From contig CBDBOV010000005.1 of NCBI GenBank assembly GCA_965208575.1, positions 1,088,001-1,152,000 on the forward strand: a DNA stretch of 64,000 bases. Direction: 5' to 3'. This DNA is from Spirochaetia bacterium. GTDB lineage: Bacteria > Spirochaetota > Spirochaetia > SZUA-6 > Bin103. Shown piece after piece: positions 48,728-59,600 of the stretch. The notes beneath the pieces were generated by a model that was given only the letters and a program-made list of their open reading frames with translations, ran no database searches and was not told the origin of the DNA. Position numbers and translations under genes: made by a program. Every line of letters starts with the position of its first letter. Positions within the stretch are counted from its first letter, which is position 1.

Positions 48728-50470
48728 TCACGCCGGCCGCAGGGTGGCGCCGAACACGGTTACCCCGTCCGGCGTCCCGTCCACCACGCGGATGGCACGC
48801 AGCGTAAAGCGGTGGGTGCCGGGCTCGCCGATCTCGATACGGCCGAGGGTTACCGCGTACTCGGGGAAGTACTGCGAACGCGGCGTGTCGATCGCGGTTG
48901 CGGCGCGCAACGGCCCGCCTGCCGCGCTGCCGGCGGCGGCCACTTCCAGGTGGTGCTCGTTCACCTCGGTGGTGTCGTACTGCGGGGCGGCGGTCACCGT
49001 CACCTCGTAGCTGCCGGGCTCGCACACCTTTACCTGCCACGACAGCTCGCCCTCGGTGTCCATCCAGCCGGCGGTCATGCCGTTGGACAGCACCTCGAGG
49101 GTCGAGTCAGGCCCCTTGGCCACGCTCGCCAGGTGGGCGTGCAGGTGGATGGCGCCGTCCGGCTGCTGCACGGTGAGGGGGTCGGCTTGCGCGTCGCCTG
49201 CGAGGTCGAGCGCAATCACCGGAACCGGCCCGCTGCCGCTCAGGTCGGGCAGCGCGATGCGCAGCCGATCAACTTCGCCGGCGGCGGAGCGACCCTGCTC
49301 GAAACGCACCTCCGCCGCCGACCCCAGCAGCCGTGCGCCGGTGACCCGCGACCGCAGTCCGTGCACGACGAGCTGTTCCGCCGGCCGCAGCAGGTGCAGG
49401 TAGAGGCGGCCCGGCTTGGCCGTCATGCGCAGCCGGTCGTGCTCGTAGGGAAACGGGCTGCCCTGCGTGCCGTAGATCGCCTCGCCGTTCACCTGCAACC
49501 AGGCGCCGATGGCGCGCAGCCGCTCGGCGCTCGGCTGCGGTATCACCCCTTCCGCCGTGGGACCGACGTTGAGCAGGTAGTTTACCCCCTTGCTCGCCAG
49601 GTCGATCAGCAGCAGCAGCAGGGTCTGCACCGACTTCCAGTTGTGGTCGTGCGTCTTGAATCCCCAGGTGTCGTTCAGCGTGGCCGGGGTCTCGTAATCG
49701 GCCTGCACGCGCCCGGCGGGAATCTGGTTGTCGCCCAGGCTGCCGTAGTCGCCCACGTCGTTGCCGATACGCCCGCTCACCAGGCAGTCCGGTTGCAGCC
49801 GGTGCACGAAGTCGCGCAGCTCGATGCTGTGCTCGCGGCTGATCGAGTAGGGGGTATCGAACCAGATCAGCCCCACCGGCCCGTACCCGGTCAGCAGCTC
49901 GCGCAACTGCGGCTTGACCTTGCGTTCCAGGTAGGCGCCGAAGTCCTTCTCCTCCGGAGCGAAGTCCCAGTCGTTGCGGGAGCCGCCGGGGTCGTGCCAG
50001 TCCTGGTCCTGCGAGTAGTAGAAGCCGAGCATAATGCCCGCTTCTCGGCACGCATCGGCCAGCTCGGCCAGCGGGTCGCGCCCGTACGGGGTGGCGTCCA
50101 CAATGTTGTAGGGACAGCACGGCGAGCGGAACAGGGCGAAACCGTCGTGGTGCTTGGCGGTAATCACCAGGTAGCGCATGCCCGCCTGCACGGCGAGGTC
50201 CACCCACTCGCGCGCATTGAACCTGACCGGATTGAACTGCTTCGCCAACGGCTCGTACTCGGCGCGCGGAATGCGCTTTCGGAACATGATCCACTCGCCG
50301 ATGCCGTCCACCGGCTCACCCTTCCAGACGCCCGCCGGAATGGCGTACAGGCCCCAGTGAATGAACATGCCGAAGCGCGCCTCGCGCCACCAGTCCAGGC
50401 CGGGATGATCCACCACGGGCGCGGCATTGCGGCCGCCCATGCGTGCCCGCCAGGTCGTGAACTCTGCCAT
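48728..50470 (-). CDS. Alpha-L-fucosidase (GH29) with C-terminal beta domain
   Basis: ARFGMFIHWGLY, TAKHHDGF, IWFD, LLNVGP; start uncertain. Confidence 0.92.
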   Translation of the reverse strand: MAEFTTWRARMGGRNAAPVVDHPGLDWWREARFGMFIHWGLYAIPAGVWKGEPVDGIGEWIMFRKRIPRAEYEPLAKQFNPVRFNAREWVDLAVQAGMRYLVITAKHHDGFALFRSPCCPYNIVDATPYGRDPLAELADACREAGIMLGFYYSQDQDWHDPGGSRNDWDFAPEEKDFGAYLERKVKPQLRELLTGYGPVGLIWFDTPYSISREHSIELRDFVHRLQPDCLVSGRIGNDVGDYGSLGDNQIPAGRVQADYETPATLNDTWGFKTHDHNWKSVQTLLLLLIDLASKGVNYLLNVGPTAEGVIPQPSAERLRAIGAWLQVNGEAIYGTQGSPFPYEHDRLRMTAKPGRLYLHLLRPAEQLVVHGLRSRVTGARLLGSAAEVRFEQGRSAAGEVDRLRIALPDLSGSGPVPVIALDLAGDAQADPLTVQQPDGAIHLHAHLASVAKGPDSTLEVLSNGMTAGWMDTEGELSWQVKVCEPGSYEVTVTAAPQYDTTEVNEHHLEVAAAGSAAGGPLRAATAIDTPRSQYFPEYAVTLGRIEIGEPGTHRFTLRAIRVVDGTPDGVTVFGATLRPA

Positions 50471-50540
50471 GGCGCGCAGGGTAGCGGAACTCACGCTCAG
50501 GTTCCACTGCCGGCGCGCGTGCGCTATGATGCCGCCCATC

Positions 50541-51644
50541 ATGGCGGATACCCTGGTGCAGACTTCGCAGACGCCTGCGGCGCCCCCGGCCACCACCGGC
50601 TTCATCGACGCGGACTGCCACGCCGCCCCCACGTCGATCGAGGCTCTGTATCCCTACCTGGCGCCGCGCTGGCGCGCGTTCGTGCAGGACACCGGCTACG
50701 CGGAGCCGACGGCGATCCACTACCCGAAGGTGTACGCCAACGCCGCGCGCCGCGACGCCTACCCGCCGGGCGGCGGCAAGCCGGGAACCGACGAGCGGTT
50801 CGCGGCCGGGCAGCTCCTCGACACCTGCGACCTTGCCTACGCAATCATCAATCCCTTGTACGCCCACTCGCTGGTGCGCAACCTGCATCTCGGCAGCGAG
50901 TTCATGCGGGCGGTGAACCGCTGGGTGGCGGCCGAGTGGCTGGACGCCGATCCCCGCTGGCGCGGGTCGATCGTGGTGAACATCGAAGACCCCGATGCCG
51001 CGGCCCAGGAGATCCTCACGGTGGCGCGCGATGGCCGATTCGTGCAGGTGCTGCTGCTGGTGCGTTCGCCGGAGCCCTACGGGCGGCAGCGGTTCCGGCC
51101 CATCTTCCGCGCTGCGACCGAGGCGGGGCTTCCGGTAGGCATCCACTTCGGTGGCGGCGGCGGCCCGATCACCGGCGTTGGCTGGCCCTCCTACTACATC
51201 GAGGACCACACCGGCATGGCGCAGGCGTTCCAGTCGCAGGTGATCAGCCTGGTGTGTGAGGGGGTGCTGGAGGAATTGCCTGGCTGCCGCATCGCCCTGA
51301 TCGAGGGCGGCTTTGCCTGGCTGCCGCCGCTGATGTGGCGCCTCGACAAGAATTACCGCGGGTTGCGCCAGGAGGTGCCGTGGCTCACCCGGCTGCCGAG
51401 CGAGTACATTCGCGAGCAGTTTCGCGCCACCACCCAGCCGATGGAGGAGCCGGACGATCCGCGCCACCTCCTGCAGGTCATCGACATGATCGGCAACGAC
51501 GAGTTCCTGATGTTCGCCACCGACTATCCGCACTGGGACTTCGATGCGCCCGACCGGGCCATTCGTCCGCTCGAACGCACCGGGCTGCATGCCGGCGTGG
51601 CCAGCGGGAACGCGCGTCGATTCTACGACTTCGAGCGTGCCTGA
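50541..51644 (+). CDS. Amidohydrolase_2-fold protein (possible dinuclear oxygenase)
   Basis: IDADCH, GIHFGG, IEGG..W, FATDYPHWD. Confidence 0.85.
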   Translation: MADTLVQTSQTPAAPPATTGFIDADCHAAPTSIEALYPYLAPRWRAFVQDTGYAEPTAIHYPKVYANAARRDAYPPGGGKPGTDERFAAGQLLDTCDLAYAIINPLYAHSLVRNLHLGSEFMRAVNRWVAAEWLDADPRWRGSIVVNIEDPDAAAQEILTVARDGRFVQVLLLVRSPEPYGRQRFRPIFRAATEAGLPVGIHFGGGGGPITGVGWPSYYIEDHTGMAQAFQSQVISLVCEGVLEELPGCRIALIEGGFAWLPPLMWRLDKNYRGLRQEVPWLTRLPSEYIREQFRATTQPMEEPDDPRHLLQVIDMIGNDEFLMFATDYPHWDFDAPDRAIRPLERTGLHAGVASGNARRFYDFERA

Positions 51645-52116
51645 GCCGTCCGCGGGGCGGCCCGTCGACGTGGGGCCGGTGGCGGCGTTCCCCGACGGCA
51701 GCATTCGGCCCGTGGTGGTCGGGAGGCGCTCCTTGGTGGTGGTGCACCACGCCGGGTGCTGGCACGCGCTGCGCGACCGCTGCCCGCACCAGGGCGCACC
51801 GCTGTCCCGCGGACGCATCGTCGAACAGGCGTGCGCGCACCTCGAACAAGGGCGTCCGGTATTCGGAGCCGCGGTGCCTGCCCTGCAGTGCCCCTGGCAC
51901 GGCTGGTCGTTCCTGCTTGCCGACGGCATGCATGCCACGGGCGGCATACATGCCAAGGGCGGCATACATGCCACGGGCACCTCCGCGGCAACGGCCACGG
52001 CGCGCGTGCGCAGCTATCCGGTGCGCGTCGTCGCCGGCCGCGTCACGATCGAAATGCAGGATGGCACCGATCGCCACCCCCGACGAGCGACTGATCGCAA
52101 AGGAGCAGATCGATGA
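51637..52116 (+). CDS. Rieske [2Fe-2S] ferredoxin
   Basis: CPHQG...CPWHGW; overlaps both neighbours. Confidence 0.85.
   Translation: MPEPSAGRPVDVGPVAAFPDGSIRPVVVGRRSLVVVHHAGCWHALRDRCPHQGAPLSRGRIVEQACAHLEQGRPVFGAAVPALQCPWHGWSFLLADGMHATGGIHAKGGIHATGTSAATATARVRSYPVRVVAGRVTIEMQDGTDRHPRRATDRKGADR
51925..51978 (+). repeat. 18-bp tandem repeat x3 within the Rieske gene
   Basis: GGCATRCATGCCAMGGGC x3, encoding GMHATG-GIHAKG-GIHATG. Confidence 0.9.
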
Positions 52117-53522
52117 ACAGCTACCAACCCACGTGGTCGTCTCTGGCCACCCACCCCACGCCGCGGTGGTTCCTGGACGCCAAGTTCGGCATCTACACGC
52201 ACTGGGGCCCCTACTCGGTCGCCGCCTACGGCGCCAACGGCACCTGGTACCCCAAGCAGATGTACAATCCCGAACGGCCCGAGTATCGCTACCACTGCGA
52301 GACCTTCGGGCCCCCGGAGCAGGTCGGCTACAAGGAACTGATCGCCCGCTTCACCGCCGACAAGTTCGATGCCGACGAGTGGGCGGAACTGTTTGCCGCC
52401 TCCGGAGCGCGCTTTGCCGGTCCGGTGGCCGAGCACCACGACGGCTTCTCGATGTGGGATTCCGGGATCAACGGTTGGAATGCCGCCCGCATGGGGCCGA
52501 AGCGGGATGTGACCGGCGAACTGGCGGCGGCAATCAGGAGCCGGGGAATGAAGTTCGCCGCCACCTTCCACCACGCCCAGAACTGGTACATGTTTCCTAC
52601 CGACGACCAGCGTTACGACTGCTCCGACTCCCGCTACCGTGACCTGTACACCGGCCCGCACGCCGCCGACGCGCGTCCTGACGATTGGTTCCTCGACCGC
52701 TGGGAGGGCAAGCTGTACGAGGTGGTGGACGGCTATCGGCCTGACCTGATCTGGTTCGACTTCGGGCTCGGCTTCATTCGCGAACAGCGCCGCAAGCGGT
52801 TCCTGGCCTACTACTACAACAAGGAACGGGAGTGGGGCAGCGGCGTTGTGGTGACCTTCAAGGAGATTCCCAAGGGCTGGTTCAACCTGCCGCCGATGAC
52901 CGGGGTGGCAGACCTGGAGCTGGGCCGAATGTGGGAGCTGACCAACCACGTCTGGCTGACCGACACGACCGTGGACGCGCACGGCGTGTGGTCATACGTC
53001 AAGGACGCCGGCTACAAGTCGGTCGAGCGTCTCATCCACAACCTCGTGGACCGGGTCAGCAAGAACGGGCATCTGCTGTTGAACGTAGGGCCGCGCCCCG
53101 ACGGCACCATTCCCGAACAGGCTGCCGACTGCCTGCGCGGCATGGGACGCTGGCTGGAGATCAACGGCGAAGCGATCTACGGCACCACTCCCTGGGTGTC
53201 GTTCGGCGAAGGGCCTACCCAGCGGGAGGGGAGCGGCCACTTCACCGAGAAGAGCGAGCCGCGCTTCACGGCCGAGGACATCCGCTTCACGACCAGGGGC
53301 GACGCGGTGTACGCGATCTGCCTCGGCCGCCCCGGCGACGCCATCACCATCAAGGCGCTGCGCCTGTTCTACGATGACGAGGTGGCCGCCGTGACCGCGC
53401 TTGGCGTCCCCGGAGCGCTGAAGTGGCGCCGCACCGACGCGGGAATGACCATCGAGGTGCCGCGCCGCCTGCGGGGAGAGCACGCCTTCACCTTCAAGGT
53501 GCAACTCGCGCCCGCAGCCTGA
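52113..53522 (+). CDS. Alpha-L-fucosidase (GH29)
   Basis: DAKFGIYTHWG, AEHHDGF, IWFD, LLNVGP, NGEAIYGT. Confidence 0.93.
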   Translation: MNSYQPTWSSLATHPTPRWFLDAKFGIYTHWGPYSVAAYGANGTWYPKQMYNPERPEYRYHCETFGPPEQVGYKELIARFTADKFDADEWAELFAASGARFAGPVAEHHDGFSMWDSGINGWNAARMGPKRDVTGELAAAIRSRGMKFAATFHHAQNWYMFPTDDQRYDCSDSRYRDLYTGPHAADARPDDWFLDRWEGKLYEVVDGYRPDLIWFDFGLGFIREQRRKRFLAYYYNKEREWGSGVVVTFKEIPKGWFNLPPMTGVADLELGRMWELTNHVWLTDTTVDAHGVWSYVKDAGYKSVERLIHNLVDRVSKNGHLLLNVGPRPDGTIPEQAADCLRGMGRWLEINGEAIYGTTPWVSFGEGPTQREGSGHFTEKSEPRFTAEDIRFTTRGDAVYAICLGRPGDAITIKALRLFYDDEVAAVTALGVPGALKWRRTDAGMTIEVPRRLRGEHAFTFKVQLAPAA

Positions 53523-53587
53523 ACCCCGCCGCGATACCGCCCGATCCAGCGGGCGGCACGTACGACAGCGCCCATCCCCCTGAAGGC

Positions 53588-53644
53588 AAAAAAAACCGCC
53601 GGCGCGCTCTCTCGCTCTCGTGAGTCGAGAGAACGGGCCGGCGG
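53588..53644 (-). terminator. Intrinsic terminator of the giant lipoprotein gene
   Basis: CCGCCGGC...GCCGGCGG long stem followed by T8 on the minus strand. Confidence 0.8.
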
Positions 53645-53667
53645 CGTAGCCGCGCCGGCTGTGCCGC

Positions 53668-56600
53668 TTACGGCGCGGCTACGTACACCTGCGTGAACTC
53701 CACCGGACCGTGGAGGGTGCGCAGTGCGATCGTGTCGCCGCCGCGCACTCCCGTGCCGACGCTGACGGTGAGATGTTCCTCGCCGTTGACCAGGAGGGTC
53801 GTCATGCCGGTGTCGCGGTAGAGTGCCTCCACGTTGATCATCGAGGAGAGGCCATGCGGGATCCTGCTGCTCGCGAGCCACATCAGCGTGTTGTCGTCCG
53901 CCGACTCGTAGAACTGCAGGTGCAGATCCTCGGAGTCGTAGAACGGATCCTGGGTCACCCACAGCAGATAGGACGTGCCGTAGTTCCAGGTATTCCCTGA
54001 ATCCGGGGTAGCCGAGGCCAGAATGTGCAGTCCGAATCCAACCTTGCTTCCGCCGTCGGCGTTGGCCGAGAACCCGAACAGCAACGTGTCCGCCGACTGG
54101 CCCGCCGGAATAGAGAACTTGGCGTGGGTCGAGTCGGCGTCGGTCTGAACGATCGATCCACCCCGAGAATCCCACGTTCCTTCGCCCGGAAGCGCCTCAC
54201 CGCCGGCAAAACCGTTCACCACGAAGTTGCCGGTTCGGATCAGGTTGTCGCGGGCAAGTTCGCCGCGCGTGCGCACGTCCCAACCGTCGTCGCTCGCCGC
54301 CACCATCACCTGGCCGTCGGCGCCGCGTGTCAGCGTCAGGGTATGGGCACGGCCCTCGATCCCGACGTTGGAGATGACCAGCTTGTCATCCTGGAGAGTC
54401 GGTTGCGCCGCATCGAGCTGCAACGAGTCGGCAACCAGGTTGGCCCCCTCGAACAGCGCCGTTGCCGTTGCCGTGCCGGCGTCGTAGCGAATTCGCGCCG
54501 ACACCGGGGCGCCGGCATACTGGATTCCGGAAATGTAGACCTCGTTTGGCCCGGCGGCCGACAGGGACGCCGCTTCAAGATCAAGCAGACCGACGTTCAG
54601 GCCAGGCAGGGTCGACCCTTCCATGAGAGCGGCGATTTCCGTCTCCAGCGCCATCGCACGGCTCTCGGCCATGCCCAGCGCATCGTTTGCCGCGTCCAGC
54701 TCGCTGTTTGCCGCGGCCAGCGCGTTGTTCGCCGCCGCCAGCGCCAGGCGCGCTGCTTCGGCGTCGGCATTCGCCGCATCGAGTTCCTGCTTCTGCGCGG
54801 CGAGCTCGGTCAGTGCCGCGGACAGCTCCGCTCGGGCATCGGCCAGGTCCGCGCGCGCATCGGCCAACAGGGCTTCAGGCTTCGTCGGCAGGTTCACGCG
54901 GCTCAGGCCGGATACCTGCAACTGCCCGTCCCCGGTGTACTGCAGCGTTCCGGAGTACCCGGCGCCGCCAACACCGACGTTGGAGACCCGGAACGAGTCC
55001 GGCGCCTCGAACGCTACCGTGGTCTGTGAGAGGTCGACCGAGTCGGGAATCAACTTGCCGACCGGCCCGAACACGTACTGCACGGTGGCGCTCGTGCCGC
55101 CCGCGTACTTGAGCAGGGCGGAGTAGGGCTGACCATCGTACATGATGTTCGAGACGTAGATGGCGTCGGGTCCGGCCAGCGAAACCTGCGCGCTGCCGAA
55201 GTCGGCAAGACCGGCATCGAGCTGAGAGAAGGCGACCTGCACCGCCGAAGGCTGATGCATCGCCATCTTCATCGCGTCCATCTCGGCTTCCGCCGCCGCG
55301 GCGCGCGCCATCGCGGCGTCTACCTTGGCATCGGCGTCGGCCATGGCCGCGCTCACCATTTCGTCCGCGGCGGCCTTGACATCGCTGACCATCTGGTCCG
55401 CTTCGGCCATGGCCGCGCTCACCGCGGCATCGGCGTCGGCCATGGCGGCGCTGACCATCCGGTCCGCATCGGCCATCGCCGCATCGATCGCCGCGGCGGC
55501 CTTCTCGGCCTCGGTCGGCGGCAGGGTGACGCGGCGAATGCCGGTCACCTGCAACTGCCCGTTGCCGGTGTATTGCAGCGTGCCGGAGTAGCCGACGCCG
55601 CCCACGTTGACGTTGGAGACCGCGAAGGAATCGGGCGATACGAAGGCGACCGTGGTCTGCGACAGTCCGACCGCATCGGGAATCAGCTTGCCGGCTGCCC
55701 CGTACACGCCGAGCACGGTAGCGGTGGTGCCGCCCTCGTACTTGACCAGCGCCGAATAGGGCTGCCCGTCGTACATGATCGACGAGATGTAGATCCTGTC
55801 CGGGCCGGCGAGCGACGCCTGTGCGTTGTCGAAGTTCGCCAGCGCGGCGTCCAGGCTGCCGAACGAGATCATCACGTCGGATGCCTGGCGCATGGCCATC
55901 TTCATGGCTTCCAGTTCGGCGCGCGCCGCATCCGCTTCCGCCCTGGCGTCGGCCACCCTGGCATCGGCGTCCGCCATCGCGGCGGCCACTTCCGCGGCGG
56001 CGTCGGCCATCGCCGCGCTCACCATTTCCTCGGCTTCGGCCTTGGCGTCGCTCACCATCCGAGCGGCGTCGGCCTTGGCCGCCTCGATGGCGGCGTCGGC
56101 CATCTCCGCCTCGGTCGGCGGGAGCGTGACGCGGCGGATGCCGGTCACCTGCAGTTGTCCGTTGCCGGTGTACTGCAGCGTGCCCGAGTACCCGTTGCCG
56201 CCGACCGACACGTTCGACACCGCGAACGTGTCAGGAGAGCGGAAGGAGATTTCGGTCTGTGCCAGACTCACCGAATCGGGAATCAGCTTGCCGTCCGGTC
56301 CGAACACCTGCTTCACGACGGCGGTGGTGCCGCCGGCGTATGCGAGCAGGGCCGAGTAGGGCCGTCCGGCGTACATGATGTTGGAGACGTAGATGGCGTC
56401 GGGTCCGGCCAGCGACGCGACGGCGTTGCCGAAGTCCACCAGGCTGGCGTCCAGGTCGGCAAACGAGACCATCACCTCGGACGCCTGATGCATCGCCATC
56501 TTCATCGCGTCGAGTTCCGCGTTGGCCATGTCCGCGGCATCCTGCGCGGCGTCGGCAGCGGCCTGCGCCGCGTTGGCCTCGGCCTGTGCCGCTTCAAGGG

Positions 56601-59600
56601 CGGTCTGCGCGGCCTGCAGTTCGGATTCCAGAGACGCAATCTGCTCGCCCTTTGCGCTGGCGTCGGCAAGGGCGGCTTCGAGTTCCGCCTTGGCGTCGGC
56701 CAGCATGTCCATCGTGGTCGGCGGCAGTTGCACCTGGCGAATGCCGGTGACCTGCAGCTTGCCGTTGCCGGCGTACTCCAGGGTACCGGAATAGCCGGCT
56801 CCGCCCACGGAGACGTTGGACACCTCCCAGGCGTTCGGCGCCACGAAGACCAGCTCCGTCTGCGACAGATCCACGGAGTCAGGGATCACCTTGCCGCTGC
56901 TGCCGAATACGTGGCTGACCTCGGCGGTGGTGCCGCCGGTGTAGCGCAGCAGCGCCGAGTAGTTTTGGCCGTCATACATGATCGACGACACGTACACGGA
57001 ATCGGGCCCCGCAAGGGAAACCCGGGCGCCGGCGAAGCTGGCGCGGCTCGGATCGATCTGGCTGTCCGAGATCATGATCGCGGACGGCTGGAACGCGGCG
57101 GCGATCATGGCGGCGAGTTCATCGCCGGCCATGTCCGCTTCCGCCTGCGCCTCATCGGCAGCGGCTTGCGCGGCGGACGCCATGTTGTTGGCGGCCTCCA
57201 GATCCGCTGCCAGGGAAGCGATCTCCTCGCCCTGCGCGCTGTTCTCCGCTTGCGCGGCTGCCAACGCCGCCTGTACTTCAGCGAGCGCGGCCTGCGCCTC
57301 CTCCAGTGCGGTAGGCGGCAACTCCACCATGCGGATGCCGGTGACCTGCAGCGTGCCGTCGCCGGCGTACTCCAGCGTGCCGGAGTAGCCGACCCCGCCC
57401 ACGGAGACGTTGGACACCTCCCAGGCGTTCGGCGCCATGAACACCATCTCGGTTTGCGACAGGTCGACGGAGTCCGGGATCAGCTTGCCGCTGCTGCCGA
57501 ACACCTGCCGGACTTCGGCGGTGGTGCCGCCGGTGTAGCGCAGCAGTGCCGAGTAGCGCTGCCCGTCATACAGGATCGACGATACGTACACCGAATCGGG
57601 ACCAGCGACCGCCACCCGGGCGTCGGCGAAGCTCGCCTTGCTCGGGTCGATCTGGCCGTCCGAGATCATCACCGCGGATGGTTGGAAGGCGTCCGCCATC
57701 ATCGCTTCAAGCTCGGCCTGGGCCATGTCGGCGTCCGCCATCGACATGGCGGCGCTCGCCTGCGCGTCGTCGGCCATCGCCTGCGCGTCGGCGAGATCCG
57801 CCTCCAGCGCGGCGTTGTCCGCCGCAAGGGCGTCGTTGTCCGCCTGCGCGGCGGCCAGCGCCGCCTCGACCTCGGCCAGAGCGGCCTGCGCCTCTTCCAG
57901 CGCGGTAGGCGGCAACTCCACCATGCGGATGCCGGTGACCTGCAGCGTGCCGTCGCCGGTGTAGGCGAGCGTGCCGGAGTAGCCGGACCCGCCTACCGAG
58001 ACGTTGGACACCTCCCATGCGTTGGGAGATACGAACACCAGCTCGGTCTGCGACAGGTCCACGGAGTCGGGAATCAGTTTCCCTGCGGAGCCGTAGATCT
58101 GCTTCACCTCGGCGGTGGTGCCGCCGGTGTAGCGCAGCAGTGCCGAGTAGCGCTGCCCGTCGTACATGATCGAAGACACGTACACGGAGTCGGGGCCTGC
58201 GACCGCCACCCGGGCGTCGGCGAAGCTCGCCTTGCTCGGGTCGATCTGGCCGTCCGAGATCATCACCGCGGACGGTTGGAAGGCGTCCGCCATCATCGCT
58301 TCGAGCTCGGCCTGGGCCATGTCGGCGTCCGCCATCGACATCGCCGCGCTCGCCTGCGCGTCGTCGGCCATCGCCTGCGCGTCGGCAAGATCCGCCTCAA
58401 GAGCGTCGTTGGCGGCCTGCGCGGCGGCCAGCGCCGCCTCGACCTCGGCCAGAGCGGCCTGCGCCTCTTCCAGCGCGGTAGGCGGCAACTCCACCATGCG
58501 GATGCCGGTGACCTGCAGCGTGCCGTCGCCGGTGTAGGCGAGCGTGCCGGAGTAGCCGGACCCGCCTACCGAGACGTTGGACACCTCCCATGCGTTGGGA
58601 GATACGAACACCAGCTCGGTCTGCGACAGGTCCACGGAGTCGGGAATCAGTTTCCCTGCGGAGCCGTAGATCTGCTTCACCTCGGCGGTGGTGCCGCCGG
58701 TGTAGCGCAGCAGTGCCGAGTAGCGCTGCCCGTCGTACATGATCGAAGACACGTACACGGAGTCGGGGCCTGCGACCGCCACCCGGGCGTCGGCGAAGCT
58801 CGCCTTGCTCGGGTCGATCTGGCCGTCCGAGATCATCACCGCGGACGGTTGGAAGGCGTCCGCCATCATCGCTTCGAGCTCGGCCTGGGCCATGTCGGCG
58901 TCCGCCATCGACATCGCCGCGCTCGCCTGCGCGTCGTCGGCCATCGCCTGCGCGTCGGCAAGATCCGCCTCAAGAGCGTCGTTGGCGGCCTGCGCGGCGG
59001 CCAGCGCCGCCTCGACCTCGGCCAGAGCGGCCTGCGCCTCCTCCAGCGCGGTAGGCGGCAGCTCAACCATGCGAATGCCGGTGACCTGCAGCGTGCCGTC
59101 GCCGGTGTAGGCGAGCGTGCCGGAGTAGCCGGACCCGCCTACCGAGACGTTGGACACCTCCCATGCGTTGGGAGATACGAACACCAGCTCGGTCTGCGAC
59201 AGGTCCACGGAGTCGGGAATGAGCTTCCCTGCCGAGCCGTAGATCTGCTGCACCTCGGCGGTGGTGCCGCCGGTGTACTTGAGCAGCGCCGAGTAGCGCT
59301 GGCCGTCGTACAGGATCGAAGACACGTACACGGAGTCGGGGCCGGCTACCGCCACCCGGGCGTCGGCGAAGCTCGCCTTGCTCGGGTCGATCTGGCCGTC
59401 CGAGATCATCACCGCGGACGGTTGATACGCGTCGGCCATCATCGCGTCGATGGTGGCCTTGGCCTCGGCCGCCATGGAGTGCCCCTCGTCGGCGCTGAAC
59501 TGAGCGGCCTGCAAATCTGCCTCAAGAGAGGCCACGTCACCTTCGAGCGACGCTACCTGGTCGCTCATCGCGGCGTTGTCCGCCTGCGACGCCGCCAGCG

